DNA from: Candidatus Muiribacterium halophilum
GTDB lineage: Bacteria > Muiribacteriota > Muiribacteriia > Muiribacteriales > Muiribacteriaceae
DNA length: 64,000 nt
Reading direction: 5' to 3'
NCBI GenBank assembly: GCA_002869225.1
Contig: PKTG01000122.1
Coordinates: forward strand, 32,071 to 96,070
Position numbers and translations under genes: made by a program. The notes below the pieces were generated by a model. That model searched no databases, was not told where the DNA came from, and saw only the letters and a list, made by a program, of their open reading frames with translations. Numbering within the stretch: the first letter of the stretch is position 1; the number at the start of each line of letters is the position of its first letter. Below are positions 1 through 9,545 of the stretch, piece by piece.

Positions 1-2
1 AT

Positions 3-419
3 AAAGAACAGGAAGCTATTGATAAGGAAAAAAATGTAGAAAATATAATAAACCTATGCAGTGCTTATTATAACTATTGTTATTTCGGTTATGCCAATGA
101 TAAATTAAGAAATCAGTTCTCAAATACTGCTATTAATATAATAGAAAGCTTATGTCCTATAAACTCTCAGGCTCATTATGAGATTAATTTTATTGCCGGT
201 AAGTTTTACCTGCTTTTAGAAAAGTTTGATATGGCACATGAAGCTTTTTCAAATGTATTAAAATGTGACGTTACTAACTCATCGCTTGTATCTTATCTTG
301 CTGAAATAAATTTTTATAATGGGAATCTTCGAGATATGAAAGATATCCTTAAGTGGTTGTCGATGGAAGACAGTGTAAATGAAAATATTAGAGAGGTCAT
401 AGAGTATTGGAATGGTTAA
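3..419 (+). CDS. 3' end of a TPR-like protein gene entering from upstream; position fits a PelE-like pel operon component
   Basis: Frame 3 is open from base 3 to TAA 417-419. Sequence is helical-repeat-like (AHYEINFIAGKFYLLLEKFDMAHEAFSNVL). Its stop overlaps the pelF-like start at 412. Confidence 0.45.
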   Translation, partial: KEQEAIDKEKNVENIINLCSAYYNYCYFGYANDKLRNQFSNTAINIIESLCPINSQAHYEINFIAGKFYLLLEKFDMAHEAFSNVLKCDVTNSSLVSYLAEINFYNGNLRDMKDILKWLSMEDSVNENIREVIEYWNG

Positions 420-1893
420 AAAGACAGATGTATGTCTGATAAGTGAAGGTTCATATCCATATATAAGAGGTGGTGTAGCTGACTGGATAGAGAAGATAAT
501 CCAGAGTATGCCAGAGTTTGATTTTTCACTTTTTTTTATAGGAAGTACAAGAAGACAGAATCAAAAGATCAAATATGATTTTCCTGAAAATCTCAAGGAA
601 TATAAAGAGATCTTTATTTTTGATGAGTTCAAACATTCCGATAGTTTTTTCAACAACAATCTAATAAAACGTATTGATAAAATCATATGTCAGATAATAG
701 AAAACGGGAAAGCTGATGAGAAAGATCTTTCTTATCTAATCAGGTGTTTTATAAAAAACAGAAAATGTATAAAAAGTCTGATCGTGGATAGGAGATTTTT
801 TAGATTGATTGAAAAATATGCAGAAAGGTTTGCACCGGAAAAGTCGTTTATAGATCTTTACTGGAATCTTGTATTCATACTGGAAGCATTACTTTCTTTA
901 ATATATGGCGCGATCGATATACCTAAAGCAAGAATATATCATAGTGTATCAACCGGATATGCGGGTATGGCAGGAGTGATAGCAAAGATAATGAACAAGA
1001 GTGATCTTATGCTTACGGAACACGGTATTTACACAAGAGAAAGAAAGATCGATATCAATCAGACTAATTGGATATATCAGGACAAGATAAAAAGTGTCTT
1101 TGATATAAAAGATGCTATGTTCTTTAAAAGATTATGGGTTAGTTTTTTTAGTGTACTGAGCCGTGTTATATACGATTCAAGTGACGGTATATACAGTATC
1201 ACAAATTACAATTCTATTATACAAAGACAGGAAGGCGCATCGGAAGAAAAATTAGAGGTTATTCCCAACGGTATAGATATAGAGCCGTTTAAAGAATGCA
1301 GAAGGGAAAGGACAAAGATAAAAAAAGTAGCTTTAATAGGAAGAGTAGTACAGGTAAAGGATATTATGACTTTTATTAAAGCAGCATTTATTGTTGGTAG
1401 TTATTATAAAGATATAGAGTTTGAGGTTCTAGGTCCATATGAAGAGGATACGGAGTATTTTGAAATATGTGATAGATTTAATAATACCCTCGGGTTTCAG
1501 GATAGATTAAAATTTCTGGGAAGAGTCGATCTTAAAAGCAATCTTAAGGAGATAGATCTGGTCGTATTAACCAGTATCTCAGAAGGGCTACCACTTGTGA
1601 TATTAGAAGCTTTTGCAGCAGGTATACCAGTTGTTTCTACAAATATAGGAGGTTGTCCTGAACTCATTCATGGTAATCCTCTATGGAAAGAAGATATTGC
1701 AATAGGAGATGCTGGTGTGATATGCAGGGTAATGGATGTGAATGGAATTGCAAAAGCTATCGAAAACCTTATACATGATAATTTAATCTATATAAAATAT
1801 TCAAAAGCAGCAATCAAGAGAGTAGAAAAGTTTTATTCTTTGAAAACAGTAAGTGATCAGTATAAAGGAGAATATCAGAAATGGCTGGTATAG
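412..1893 (+). CDS. pelF: PelF-type GT4 glycosyltransferase (DUF3492 N-domain)
   Basis: N-terminus DVCLISEGSYPYIRGGVADWI resembles the PelF signature. C-terminal GT4 EX7E region is present (SISEGLPLVILEAFAAGIPVVSTNIGG). Confidence 0.85.
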   Translation: MVKKTDVCLISEGSYPYIRGGVADWIEKIIQSMPEFDFSLFFIGSTRRQNQKIKYDFPENLKEYKEIFIFDEFKHSDSFFNNNLIKRIDKIICQIIENGKADEKDLSYLIRCFIKNRKCIKSLIVDRRFFRLIEKYAERFAPEKSFIDLYWNLVFILEALLSLIYGAIDIPKARIYHSVSTGYAGMAGVIAKIMNKSDLMLTEHGIYTRERKIDINQTNWIYQDKIKSVFDIKDAMFFKRLWVSFFSVLSRVIYDSSDGIYSITNYNSIIQRQEGASEEKLEVIPNGIDIEPFKECRRERTKIKKVALIGRVVQVKDIMTFIKAAFIVGSYYKDIEFEVLGPYEEDTEYFEICDRFNNTLGFQDRLKFLGRVDLKSNLKEIDLVVLTSISEGLPLVILEAFAAGIPVVSTNIGGCPELIHGNPLWKEDIAIGDAGVICRVMDVNGIAKAIENLIHDNLIYIKYSKAAIKRVEKFYSLKTVSDQYKGEYQKWLV

Positions 1894-3224
1894 GTTTTGA
1901 GTTAAGGAAGATACTCAAGGAAGATACATATTCGTCATATGTTAAGAGTTTCTTTTCTTCTCTTGTTTTTATAAGTGGACCGTGGATAGTTACTATAATC
2001 AGTTTTCTTTTTCTTTACGCAGCTATAAAAAACGATTATCTGAAATATTTCGTCATGTTTACTCATATAATGGCATATGCTTTGATAATAACCTCACCAG
2101 TTCAGGCTTCAGTGACAAGATATATTTCTGATCTTGAATTTAGCAAAAAGGAAAAGGAAATATTTCCAGTGCTTACTGGAGTTGTTGTCTTAAGTGCATT
2201 TATTGGGGTTATACTCTCAAGTATTATTGTCTATTTTTCTGGAATCGGCAAAGAATTATCGTTTTTTGTATTTGCTTTTATTGTATCAAACACTATTTTC
2301 TGGCCTTTATCAGCTTTTACTTCACTTTTAAAAGACTACAAGAAGCTGACTTTTGTATTTTTTATGTTGATGCTATTGTCCACCGTGTTCATTTATTTTT
2401 CGTTTGATATTTTGGGCGGAAATTCTATTTTCTTTTTCTATTCATTATCATATTTTTTAATCGAATTTTATATAATATTATCAGTCTTCAAAGAGTATAA
2501 TTCAACTGAAAACATAAGTTTTAGATTTCTTCCTAACATAGTTAGAAGCCCTATGATATGGATACCTGGAGTGTTTTATATTATGGGTATGTGGGTTGAT
2601 AAATTTGTATTTTGGTTTTTTTCACCAAAAAGTCTTAGTTTTTATAATATATTTAGATACAATTCGGAATACGATATAAACTTTTTTCTTGCAAGTGTAT
2701 TTGTTATTCCTACCTTATCAATAATAACCATCAAATCAGAGACATCTCTTGCAACATCTTTTTCTGAATTTACAAAAAATCTTGTTATGAAAAAAGGAAT
2801 AAGAGACCTTAGGATCTCAATCAGAAATATAGAAAATGATGTAAGAGATGGTGTTGGAATAATCTTAAAGTATCATGGAATGCTTGCTATAGGACTTATA
2901 TTTTTTTCAGAGTATCTTTTCCGATTTATAGAAAATATACATGTGTTTAAAATCCTCACTATTGGTATTTTATTGCAGGCTTTATTTATCTTTCAGGTAA
3001 TGGTTTTATATTATCTTGATTCAAGGAAAAGACTTCTAATTGTAAATTCTTTACTTTTCTTTACAAATGGCATACTTTCTTATTTTACGATTTCGCATCC
3101 AAGTTATTATGGTACTGGTTTTTCCTTATCACTTATACTTGTCAATCTAATAGCGTATTATTTTGTAAGAGAAGATGTGAAAGATCTTAATTTTCTTATG
3201 TTTGAAAGAGAATTGAAAAGATGA
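1881..3224 (+). CDS. pelG: PelG-type polytopic membrane protein (Pel polysaccharide export component)
   Basis: Starts MAGIGFELRKIL, the characteristic PelG N-terminus. About 12 hydrophobic helices. Overlaps the pelF stop. Confidence 0.8.
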   Translation: MAGIGFELRKILKEDTYSSYVKSFFSSLVFISGPWIVTIISFLFLYAAIKNDYLKYFVMFTHIMAYALIITSPVQASVTRYISDLEFSKKEKEIFPVLTGVVVLSAFIGVILSSIIVYFSGIGKELSFFVFAFIVSNTIFWPLSAFTSLLKDYKKLTFVFFMLMLLSTVFIYFSFDILGGNSIFFFYSLSYFLIEFYIILSVFKEYNSTENISFRFLPNIVRSPMIWIPGVFYIMGMWVDKFVFWFFSPKSLSFYNIFRYNSEYDINFFLASVFVIPTLSIITIKSETSLATSFSEFTKNLVMKKGIRDLRISIRNIENDVRDGVGIILKYHGMLAIGLIFFSEYLFRFIENIHVFKILTIGILLQALFIFQVMVLYYLDSRKRLLIVNSLLFFTNGILSYFTISHPSYYGTGFSLSLILVNLIAYYFVREDVKDLNFLMFERELKR

Positions 3225-3225
3225 T

Positions 3226-3741
3226 CTAACGAAGTTCGATCATATAAGGCCTGAGTTTTGATCTCAGAAAACTTATGACTAATATAACAGACATAACAAA
3301 TGCCAGAGTCCCATAGCTCCATTGATTAAGCACAAGACTTAATGATATACCTGCTGCAGGAGGATGTTCTGTATCTGTTATCACCATTATGAAAATAGTT
3401 AAAAAGACAGTAAGACTTCCAAAAAAAGCAAATGAACTGGATGGTCCTCCAAATAGTGTTATTACCCATGGGATCTTTGCAAAATGAGAGGAGAATACTC
3501 CCACTAACATCCCGACACTTGTTCCGCCTATTAATCTTCTTGGATCAGCAGAATAGGAATGCGGCCTGGTCCATACAATAAAAGAGGTTGCTGCAAGAGT
3601 AGATATTATACCAGTGTGTGTCAGAACATCAAGAAAAACTAGAACTACAAGCATTGTAAGCATACCAATAAGTGATTGGAATATATACTTTTGTGGATGT
3701 TTCAATGCCTTAAGATCAATAATCTTTTCAATAAATCTCAT
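3226..3741 (-). CDS. HPP family membrane protein
   Basis: Small 4-5 TM protein with the HPP motif (TDTEHPPAAGISL). Confidence 0.75.
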   Translation of the reverse strand: MRFIEKIIDLKALKHPQKYIFQSLIGMLTMLVVLVFLDVLTHTGIISTLAATSFIVWTRPHSYSADPRRLIGGTSVGMLVGVFSSHFAKIPWVITLFGGPSSSFAFFGSLTVFLTIFIMVITDTEHPPAAGISLSLVLNQWSYGTLAFVMSVILVISFLRSKLRPYMIELR

Positions 3742-3839
3742 AAAATAAATCTATCACATTTGAGCTGAAATGTTCAAATGTTTATTGAGATAAAGCCTTA
3801 ATATTTAACTCCAGTATTATATTTCTTTACAAAAATACA

Positions 3840-4259
3840 ATGAAAAACTATAATATAGTGAATGGAGGAGTTATGTTAATAAAAAAAAGACATGATATAA
3901 AATGTCCTTCCTGTGGAAAGATATTTGAAAGAGAATTATGGAACATAGTTGATAAAAGAGTCTCACCTGAGGTAGTGAAACAGATAATGGATGGCGAATT
4001 TAATAATATAGTATGTAATAGTTGTAATACAAAGTTTCATTGCGAAGTCCCGTTTTTGTATCAGGATCTCGAAAGAAAGCTTATTGTTACCGTGCTTCCT
4101 GAAACTATGAGAGAAGGTGGAGAAGAACTTAAGAAGAAACTAATAGATGCTCAGAAGATTTCAGGTCTGTCAGAAGATATAAACAGACAGGTATTTTTTG
4201 GAATAAATACTTTTGTAAGATTTTTAGATCAGATAGAAAACGAATCGGAGGAAATATGA
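3840..4259 (+). CDS. CpXC-domain zinc-ribbon protein (true start probably ATG 3873, after GGAGGAG)
   Basis: Two Cys pairs (CPSCG...CNSCN) with the CpXC-type spacing, followed by PFLYQD. Stop overlaps the next start (ATGA). Confidence 0.6.
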   Translation: MKNYNIVNGGVMLIKKRHDIKCPSCGKIFERELWNIVDKRVSPEVVKQIMDGEFNNIVCNSCNTKFHCEVPFLYQDLERKLIVTVLPETMREGGEELKKKLIDAQKISGLSEDINRQVFFGINTFVRFLDQIENESEEI

Positions 4260-5626
4260 TCAAGATAATCGATGTTATTCACTCAGATGGTAAGAGAGAG
4301 AAGTTTGATATTTTAATCACTGAGAAAGTTTTATGGGCTGTTATTAAACAGATAAGGGGATTTAATAGAGAAAAATTTAAAAACGATGTCATGAATCATA
4401 TTATTAGAAAGTATGAGGATTTCCCATTTCAGGAAATAACTACAAGACAGATGAATGAGCTTATAATAGATGCACTAGAGGAAGGTCATCATGATGCAAC
4501 GTTAGAAGCATATCTGGTCTTTACTGCTCAGAAAGCTCTTATTAAAAGTAGAAGACTTAATGCATGGGCAAATATCGGAGTGCCATATCCTGTAATATTT
4601 GATACTTCGGTCATGTGTGGACTTAACAGGTGTCTTACCTTAAAGGATCTGGCTGAGATTGGAAAAGATCCTAAAAAGATCGAAAATCTGATGCAGACGT
4701 TTGATAAATATTATAAGATGCAGATACTTATGGCTGCACATAAAGTGGCTGAAAGAATAAAGGAAGGTGCAAGAGTAATAATAATAGCGGGTCCTTCATC
4801 GTCTAATAAGACATCAACTACTTTATGGATACAGAAACTTTTGAGAGAACAACATGGAATAGACCTTAATATATATCCTCTACATGTTGATGATTATTTT
4901 AAAAACAAGGAACAGTTTCCAATAGATCAGTTTGGTGATCCTGATTATGAATCGCCACAGGCTCTAAAGATACCTCTTATTGATCAACATATTAATGATC
5001 TGATTAACGGAAGAGAGATAGAGAAACCACTTTATGATTTTAGTACATCAAGTCAAAATGGCACTGAAAAAGTTAGTATACCGAGTGATTCTATTGTTCT
5101 GATCGATTGTCTTCATGGTCTTACACCTGAAATCACAAGAAGCACACCTGAGGAAAAGATAATAAAAGTATACATAGAATGTATGCCTATACTTCTTTGG
5201 GGAGATCAGTATGAAAGTCCTGCAGATTTTAGAAACCTCTTTACAAGATGGACTGACTGGAGAATAATGAGAAGATCTGTCAGAGATGATCAATCCAGAG
5301 GTACTACACCGTATCAGACATTTGGTCATTGGCATTATGTTAGAAAATGGGAATTACGTTCACTTATTCCATACCTTATTGATGTAGATATAACTATAAA
5401 CTCTTATAATCCTGTTGAGATATTCTTCTTCAGGAATTATTTATGGGATTATATGGATGATATAATCGATGGACTTAAAAAAGAAGGAAGAGAAGATGGA
5501 TCAAAAAGAGCCGAAAGGGTCAAAAAGATGCTTGAAGATATACCTGCTTTTGGCGATACTTCTATAATTCCGACAGACAGTCCAATGCTTGAGTTTATTG
5601 CACCAAGCAAACAGGTTATAAAATAA
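4256..5626 (+). CDS. ATP-cone domain fused to a uridine-kinase/PRK-like P-loop kinase domain
   Basis: Residues 1-90 look like an ATP-cone (VIHSDGKREKFD ... ITTRQMNELIIDALEE). The middle is UDK/PRK-like (IIIAGPSSSNKTSTT ... HVDDYF ... PDYESPQAL ... PLYDF ... IVLIDCLHGL). Walker A is degenerate, with N in place of the second G. Confidence 0.5.
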   Translation: MIKIIDVIHSDGKREKFDILITEKVLWAVIKQIRGFNREKFKNDVMNHIIRKYEDFPFQEITTRQMNELIIDALEEGHHDATLEAYLVFTAQKALIKSRRLNAWANIGVPYPVIFDTSVMCGLNRCLTLKDLAEIGKDPKKIENLMQTFDKYYKMQILMAAHKVAERIKEGARVIIIAGPSSSNKTSTTLWIQKLLREQHGIDLNIYPLHVDDYFKNKEQFPIDQFGDPDYESPQALKIPLIDQHINDLINGREIEKPLYDFSTSSQNGTEKVSIPSDSIVLIDCLHGLTPEITRSTPEEKIIKVYIECMPILLWGDQYESPADFRNLFTRWTDWRIMRRSVRDDQSRGTTPYQTFGHWHYVRKWELRSLIPYLIDVDITINSYNPVEIFFFRNYLWDYMDDIIDGLKKEGREDGSKRAERVKKMLEDIPAFGDTSIIPTDSPMLEFIAPSKQVIK

Positions 5627-5631
5627 TTTAG

Positions 5632-6672
5632 ATGACGACTTATAACAAAAAGATCGAGACTCTTTTACGAAGTGATAAAAAAGGGAGACTTTCTCATGCT
5701 TATCTCTTTTCATCGGGCAGTTTTGGTGCTCAGGAAATAGCGGCCAGAGATCTTGCGAGATCTATTCTTTGTTCTAATAAAGGAAAAGATGATCGAGCAT
5801 GTCTAAAATGTGATAGTTGTAACCTTGCATTAAAAGGAAATCATCCCGATCTTCATGTTATCTCTCCTGAAGAGGGTTCAAATAATATTTCTGTTGATAT
5901 GATAAGGTCAGATCTGATTGAAAAAGCTGTTAAAAGACCTTATTATTCCGGTCGTTCTGTTTTTCTGGTTTCAAAAGCACATTCTATGAGTGTGGAGGCT
6001 TCAAATGCACTTTTAAAAGTTCTTGAGGAACCACCTGAATATGTAATAATTCTTCTCACGACCAGATCAGAACAACTCATGCTTGACACGGTGTTAAGTA
6101 GAGTTGTAAGAGTTAATCTTCAGTCACCGGATGTAAATGAGATAGTAGTTCCAGGTGAGCTTTCTATTGATGAGAAAAAACTATTACTTGAAAGATCATT
6201 ATATCTTACTCAGATATATTCTGAATTTATCGAGCATGCTTATGAGAATATTTCAGATATCATACTCTGCTGGAACCCATCTGAAGATGAATTAGTAAAT
6301 TTTTTTAGAGAAGAGATGCATAAAAAAGATATTAGCAGACACGAAATAATGTTTCTTAGAGCATGGATAACAAAATGGTTTGGTGATAGTCTTTTAAATC
6401 CTGGAAATAAAAAAGATAAAAAAATTGCTGACATGTTTTTTTATATTGATATTTTTAAAGCTCAGAATAAGAAAATACCTTATAAAAAAGACCTGTTTGA
6501 TCTAATGGTCAAATATTTTTCGGCTCGCTTGAGAAATGAGGATGATTGGTTTATAATTGAAAAAATCTACTCGGCACTGGGTTTATTTAAAGAATTTGAA
6601 CAATATGATACTATCAATATAGAAGCTTTGCTAATGTTGCTTCTGCAAAAGCTTTCCTTAAAAAAAGGGTAG
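5632..6672 (+). CDS. holB: DNA polymerase III delta-prime subunit
   Basis: HAYLFSS...G motif, Zn-module CLKCDSCNLALKGNHPDLHVISPE, SMSVEASNALLKVLEEPP box. Confidence 0.8.
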   Translation: MTTYNKKIETLLRSDKKGRLSHAYLFSSGSFGAQEIAARDLARSILCSNKGKDDRACLKCDSCNLALKGNHPDLHVISPEEGSNNISVDMIRSDLIEKAVKRPYYSGRSVFLVSKAHSMSVEASNALLKVLEEPPEYVIILLTTRSEQLMLDTVLSRVVRVNLQSPDVNEIVVPGELSIDEKKLLLERSLYLTQIYSEFIEHAYENISDIILCWNPSEDELVNFFREEMHKKDISRHEIMFLRAWITKWFGDSLLNPGNKKDKKIADMFFYIDIFKAQNKKIPYKKDLFDLMVKYFSARLRNEDDWFIIEKIYSALGLFKEFEQYDTINIEALLMLLLQKLSLKKG

Positions 6673-6694
6673 CATTATTGGAGGAATCCATTTT

Positions 6695-7576
6695 ATGAAT
6701 GAAAAATGTGAACACAAATGTAGTGGTAACAATATAGGACTTAAAATAAGAAATGCTCCGGAAGTATATAATCTTAAAAATGAATGGGAATTCAAACCCG
6801 GGGACATAATATCTGTCAAGACTGAAAGAGGAGTCGAAGCTGCAACTGTAATACCTAGTTGTTCTGTAAATTATAGTGAGATAGGTAAACAGGATTCTTT
6901 TTTAAAAAAGATCAAGACAAGACTTTCAGATGAAGAGCTTGAAAAGTTCAACAAAAATCTCGAGAATGAGAAGATAGCTTTAGAGACTTTCCGGGAAAAA
7001 GTACAAAAGCATGAACTGCCAATGAAAGTCATAGAAGTATATTACATGCTTGATAGGTCAAGGATAATGTTCTATTATTATGCCGAAAACAAAGTCGATT
7101 TCAGAAAGTTGGTAAGAGAACTAGCTGGTATATACAGGACAAGGATCGAGATGCGACAGGTAGGAATAAGAGATGAAGCTAAGATCCGAGGTGGACTTGG
7201 ACCATGTGGTCTTATAACATGCTGTAAAAGGTTTCTTTATGATTTTTCATCTATTTCAATGAAAATGGCAAAAGATCAGGAAATAATGCTTAATCCATCC
7301 AAAATATCAGGTATATGTGGCAGATTGATGTGCTGTCTTAAATATGAACAGAAGAATTATGTCGATTCAAAAGAAGGAGAACCCTCTCTTGGTATGATAG
7401 TTCAGGTAAAAGATAGGACAGGAAAGATAACGACATTGAATAAGAATAAGAAAACTGTCATGGTAGAGTTTGATGATGGTGATTTCAAAGAGTTTTCAAT
7501 AGAATTTCTTGAAAAAAACAATTGTTTTATTGATGTAGAGACAGAGGATGATAAGAAAGGAGAGGGAAAGAAGTGA
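6695..7576 (+). CDS. PSP1 domain protein (YaaT/RicT-like)
   Basis: PSP1 core RIMFYYYAENKVDFRKLVRELAGIYRTRIEMRQVGIRDEAK with Cys cluster GPCGLITCC...CGRLMCCL. Sits directly after holB, as in many genomes. Confidence 0.85.
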   Translation: MNEKCEHKCSGNNIGLKIRNAPEVYNLKNEWEFKPGDIISVKTERGVEAATVIPSCSVNYSEIGKQDSFLKKIKTRLSDEELEKFNKNLENEKIALETFREKVQKHELPMKVIEVYYMLDRSRIMFYYYAENKVDFRKLVRELAGIYRTRIEMRQVGIRDEAKIRGGLGPCGLITCCKRFLYDFSSISMKMAKDQEIMLNPSKISGICGRLMCCLKYEQKNYVDSKEGEPSLGMIVQVKDRTGKITTLNKNKKTVMVEFDDGDFKEFSIEFLEKNNCFIDVETEDDKKGEGKK

Positions 7577-9501
7577 GAAAAATAGGCCTGATAGCAGGTA
7601 GCGGAAGATTCCCTTTACTACTATCTAAAGAGATAAAAAATAAAGGTTGTGAGTTGATTGTAGTAGCAATTAAAGGTGCTGCTGATGGTGATGTTGAAAA
7701 GAATTCTGATTCATTTCATTGGGTTGAGCTTGGGATGATGCAGGATATGATAGATATATTTAAGGAAAATGAAGTCAATGAGATAATGATGGTTGGAAAG
7801 GTAAACAAGACTATACTTTACACCAACTCCTCTTTTGATAATAGAGTCAAAGGTATGCTTGAGACTCTTGACGAGAAAAACGATGATAGGTTACTTGCCA
7901 GTATTGCACAGGAGTTTCATAAAGAAGGAATAAACCTTATAGATCCAATGGAATTTTTGAGACCATTTTTCCCGAAGGCTGGTGTTTTGACAAGTAAGAA
8001 GCCAGATGAAAATGTTAAAGCTGATATAGATTTTGGATTTACTATGGCTAAAAGACTTTCGGATATGGATATTGGTCAGGTAGTAGTAGTAAAGAATCAG
8101 ATAGTTCTGGCAGTCGAGGCTATGGAAGGAACTGATAAGGCGATTCCTAGAGGAGCTATGCTTGGTAAGGGTGATGTTATAGTCGCAAAGGTCTCAAGAC
8201 CAAAACAGGATATGAGATTTGATATACCCGTAGTAGGACTTACAACTATTGATACATTAATAAAATCAAAAGCAAGCGCTCTTGTCATTGATCAGAATAC
8301 AATAATACTTGATATGGAAGAAGTGATAAAAAAAGCTGATGATAACAATATAACGATATTTGTTAAATCCACAGGAAGAAAGATATCCAGAATATTTATT
8401 TCAACAGGTGAACTGTCGGGTGATCTCCATGCTTCCCATGTGATATCAAAGATCAGGATGGTAAATCCGTCAGTAGTCATTGATGGTATTGGCGGAAAAT
8501 ATATGGCTAGACACAACGTAAACCTTATAGAAAATGTATCCAATCTTTCAGAGATGGGTTTTGTTGAGGTCAGTAAGAGTATAATGAAATATAAAAAACT
8601 TTTTGAAAGAGTCAGAAAGTATCTTCTTGAAAACAGACCTGAAAAGGTCGTACTCCTTGATGCTTCAGGTATGAACTTTAGAATTGGAAAGATCGCTAAA
8701 GAACTCGGGATAGAGGTGATATACTATATACCTCCAAAGGTCTGGGTCTGGAAAGGTCAGGGTAGGATCAAGAAGATGAAAGAGATATGTGATAAAGTTA
8801 TATGTCTTTTTGATTTTGAGAATGAGATCTTTGAAAGTAATGAGATGGAAGTATCCTATTTTGGAAATCCTCTTGTAGAGATAGTCAAAGAGGAGAAAAA
8901 GAAAGAACAGTTCCTGATGGAAAATCCTGAAATACAGGATGGCGATAAGGTTATATTACTCTTACCTGGCTCCAGAAATCAGGAGATAAAATATCTTCTT
9001 CATAACATACTCAGATCTGCTTCAAATCTCCACAAAAAAGATCCATCGTTGAAATTTGTAATGTTAAAAGCACAGGATGTCAAGCTTGATATAGATACAT
9101 CAGAACTTGATTTTCCACTTATAGTGAAAGAAAAAGATTCGTATTGCTGGTATAGATTTGCTACTTTTGGAATAGTAGCTTCCGGAACGGCAACACTTGA
9201 AGCTGCAATTTCGAATCTTCCTATGGTAATAGTATATAGAGTTAATTTCCTTACCTATTGGATAGCAAGAGTGATGCTTGATATAAACTATGTCGGTCTT
9301 CCTAACATAATCGCTAACGAAGAGGTGGTACCCGAATTTATACAGGGAGATTTTAAACCGGAAAAGATAGCTGAGTTTATCTATGATACTATTACTGATG
9401 AGAATAAATATAATGTTATCAAGGATAAACTTGAAAAAGTCGTGATGAAGATACAAAATGAGAATATACTGGATAATATAGCCGGCAAGATACTCGAATA
9501 G
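7573..9501 (+). CDS. lpxB: Fused LpxI (UDP-2,3-diacylglucosamine hydrolase, DUF1009) and LpxB (lipid-A-disaccharide synthase)
   Basis: N-terminal ~270 aa is LpxI-like (IGLIAGSGRFPLLL ... DMRFDIPVVGLTT). From about residue 272 it is LpxB-like (RIFISTGELSGDLHAS ... LLPGSRNQEI ... ASGTATLEAA). One uninterrupted 642-codon frame. Confidence 0.8.
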   Translation: MRKIGLIAGSGRFPLLLSKEIKNKGCELIVVAIKGAADGDVEKNSDSFHWVELGMMQDMIDIFKENEVNEIMMVGKVNKTILYTNSSFDNRVKGMLETLDEKNDDRLLASIAQEFHKEGINLIDPMEFLRPFFPKAGVLTSKKPDENVKADIDFGFTMAKRLSDMDIGQVVVVKNQIVLAVEAMEGTDKAIPRGAMLGKGDVIVAKVSRPKQDMRFDIPVVGLTTIDTLIKSKASALVIDQNTIILDMEEVIKKADDNNITIFVKSTGRKISRIFISTGELSGDLHASHVISKIRMVNPSVVIDGIGGKYMARHNVNLIENVSNLSEMGFVEVSKSIMKYKKLFERVRKYLLENRPEKVVLLDASGMNFRIGKIAKELGIEVIYYIPPKVWVWKGQGRIKKMKEICDKVICLFDFENEIFESNEMEVSYFGNPLVEIVKEEKKKEQFLMENPEIQDGDKVILLLPGSRNQEIKYLLHNILRSASNLHKKDPSLKFVMLKAQDVKLDIDTSELDFPLIVKEKDSYCWYRFATFGIVASGTATLEAAISNLPMVIVYRVNFLTYWIARVMLDINYVGLPNIIANEEVVPEFIQGDFKPEKIAEFIYDTITDENKYNVIKDKLEKVVMKIQNENILDNIAGKILE

Positions 9502-9545
9502 ATATAGTATTGGTTTTAGTTCTTAAAACCGAAAAAGGAAGTTTG

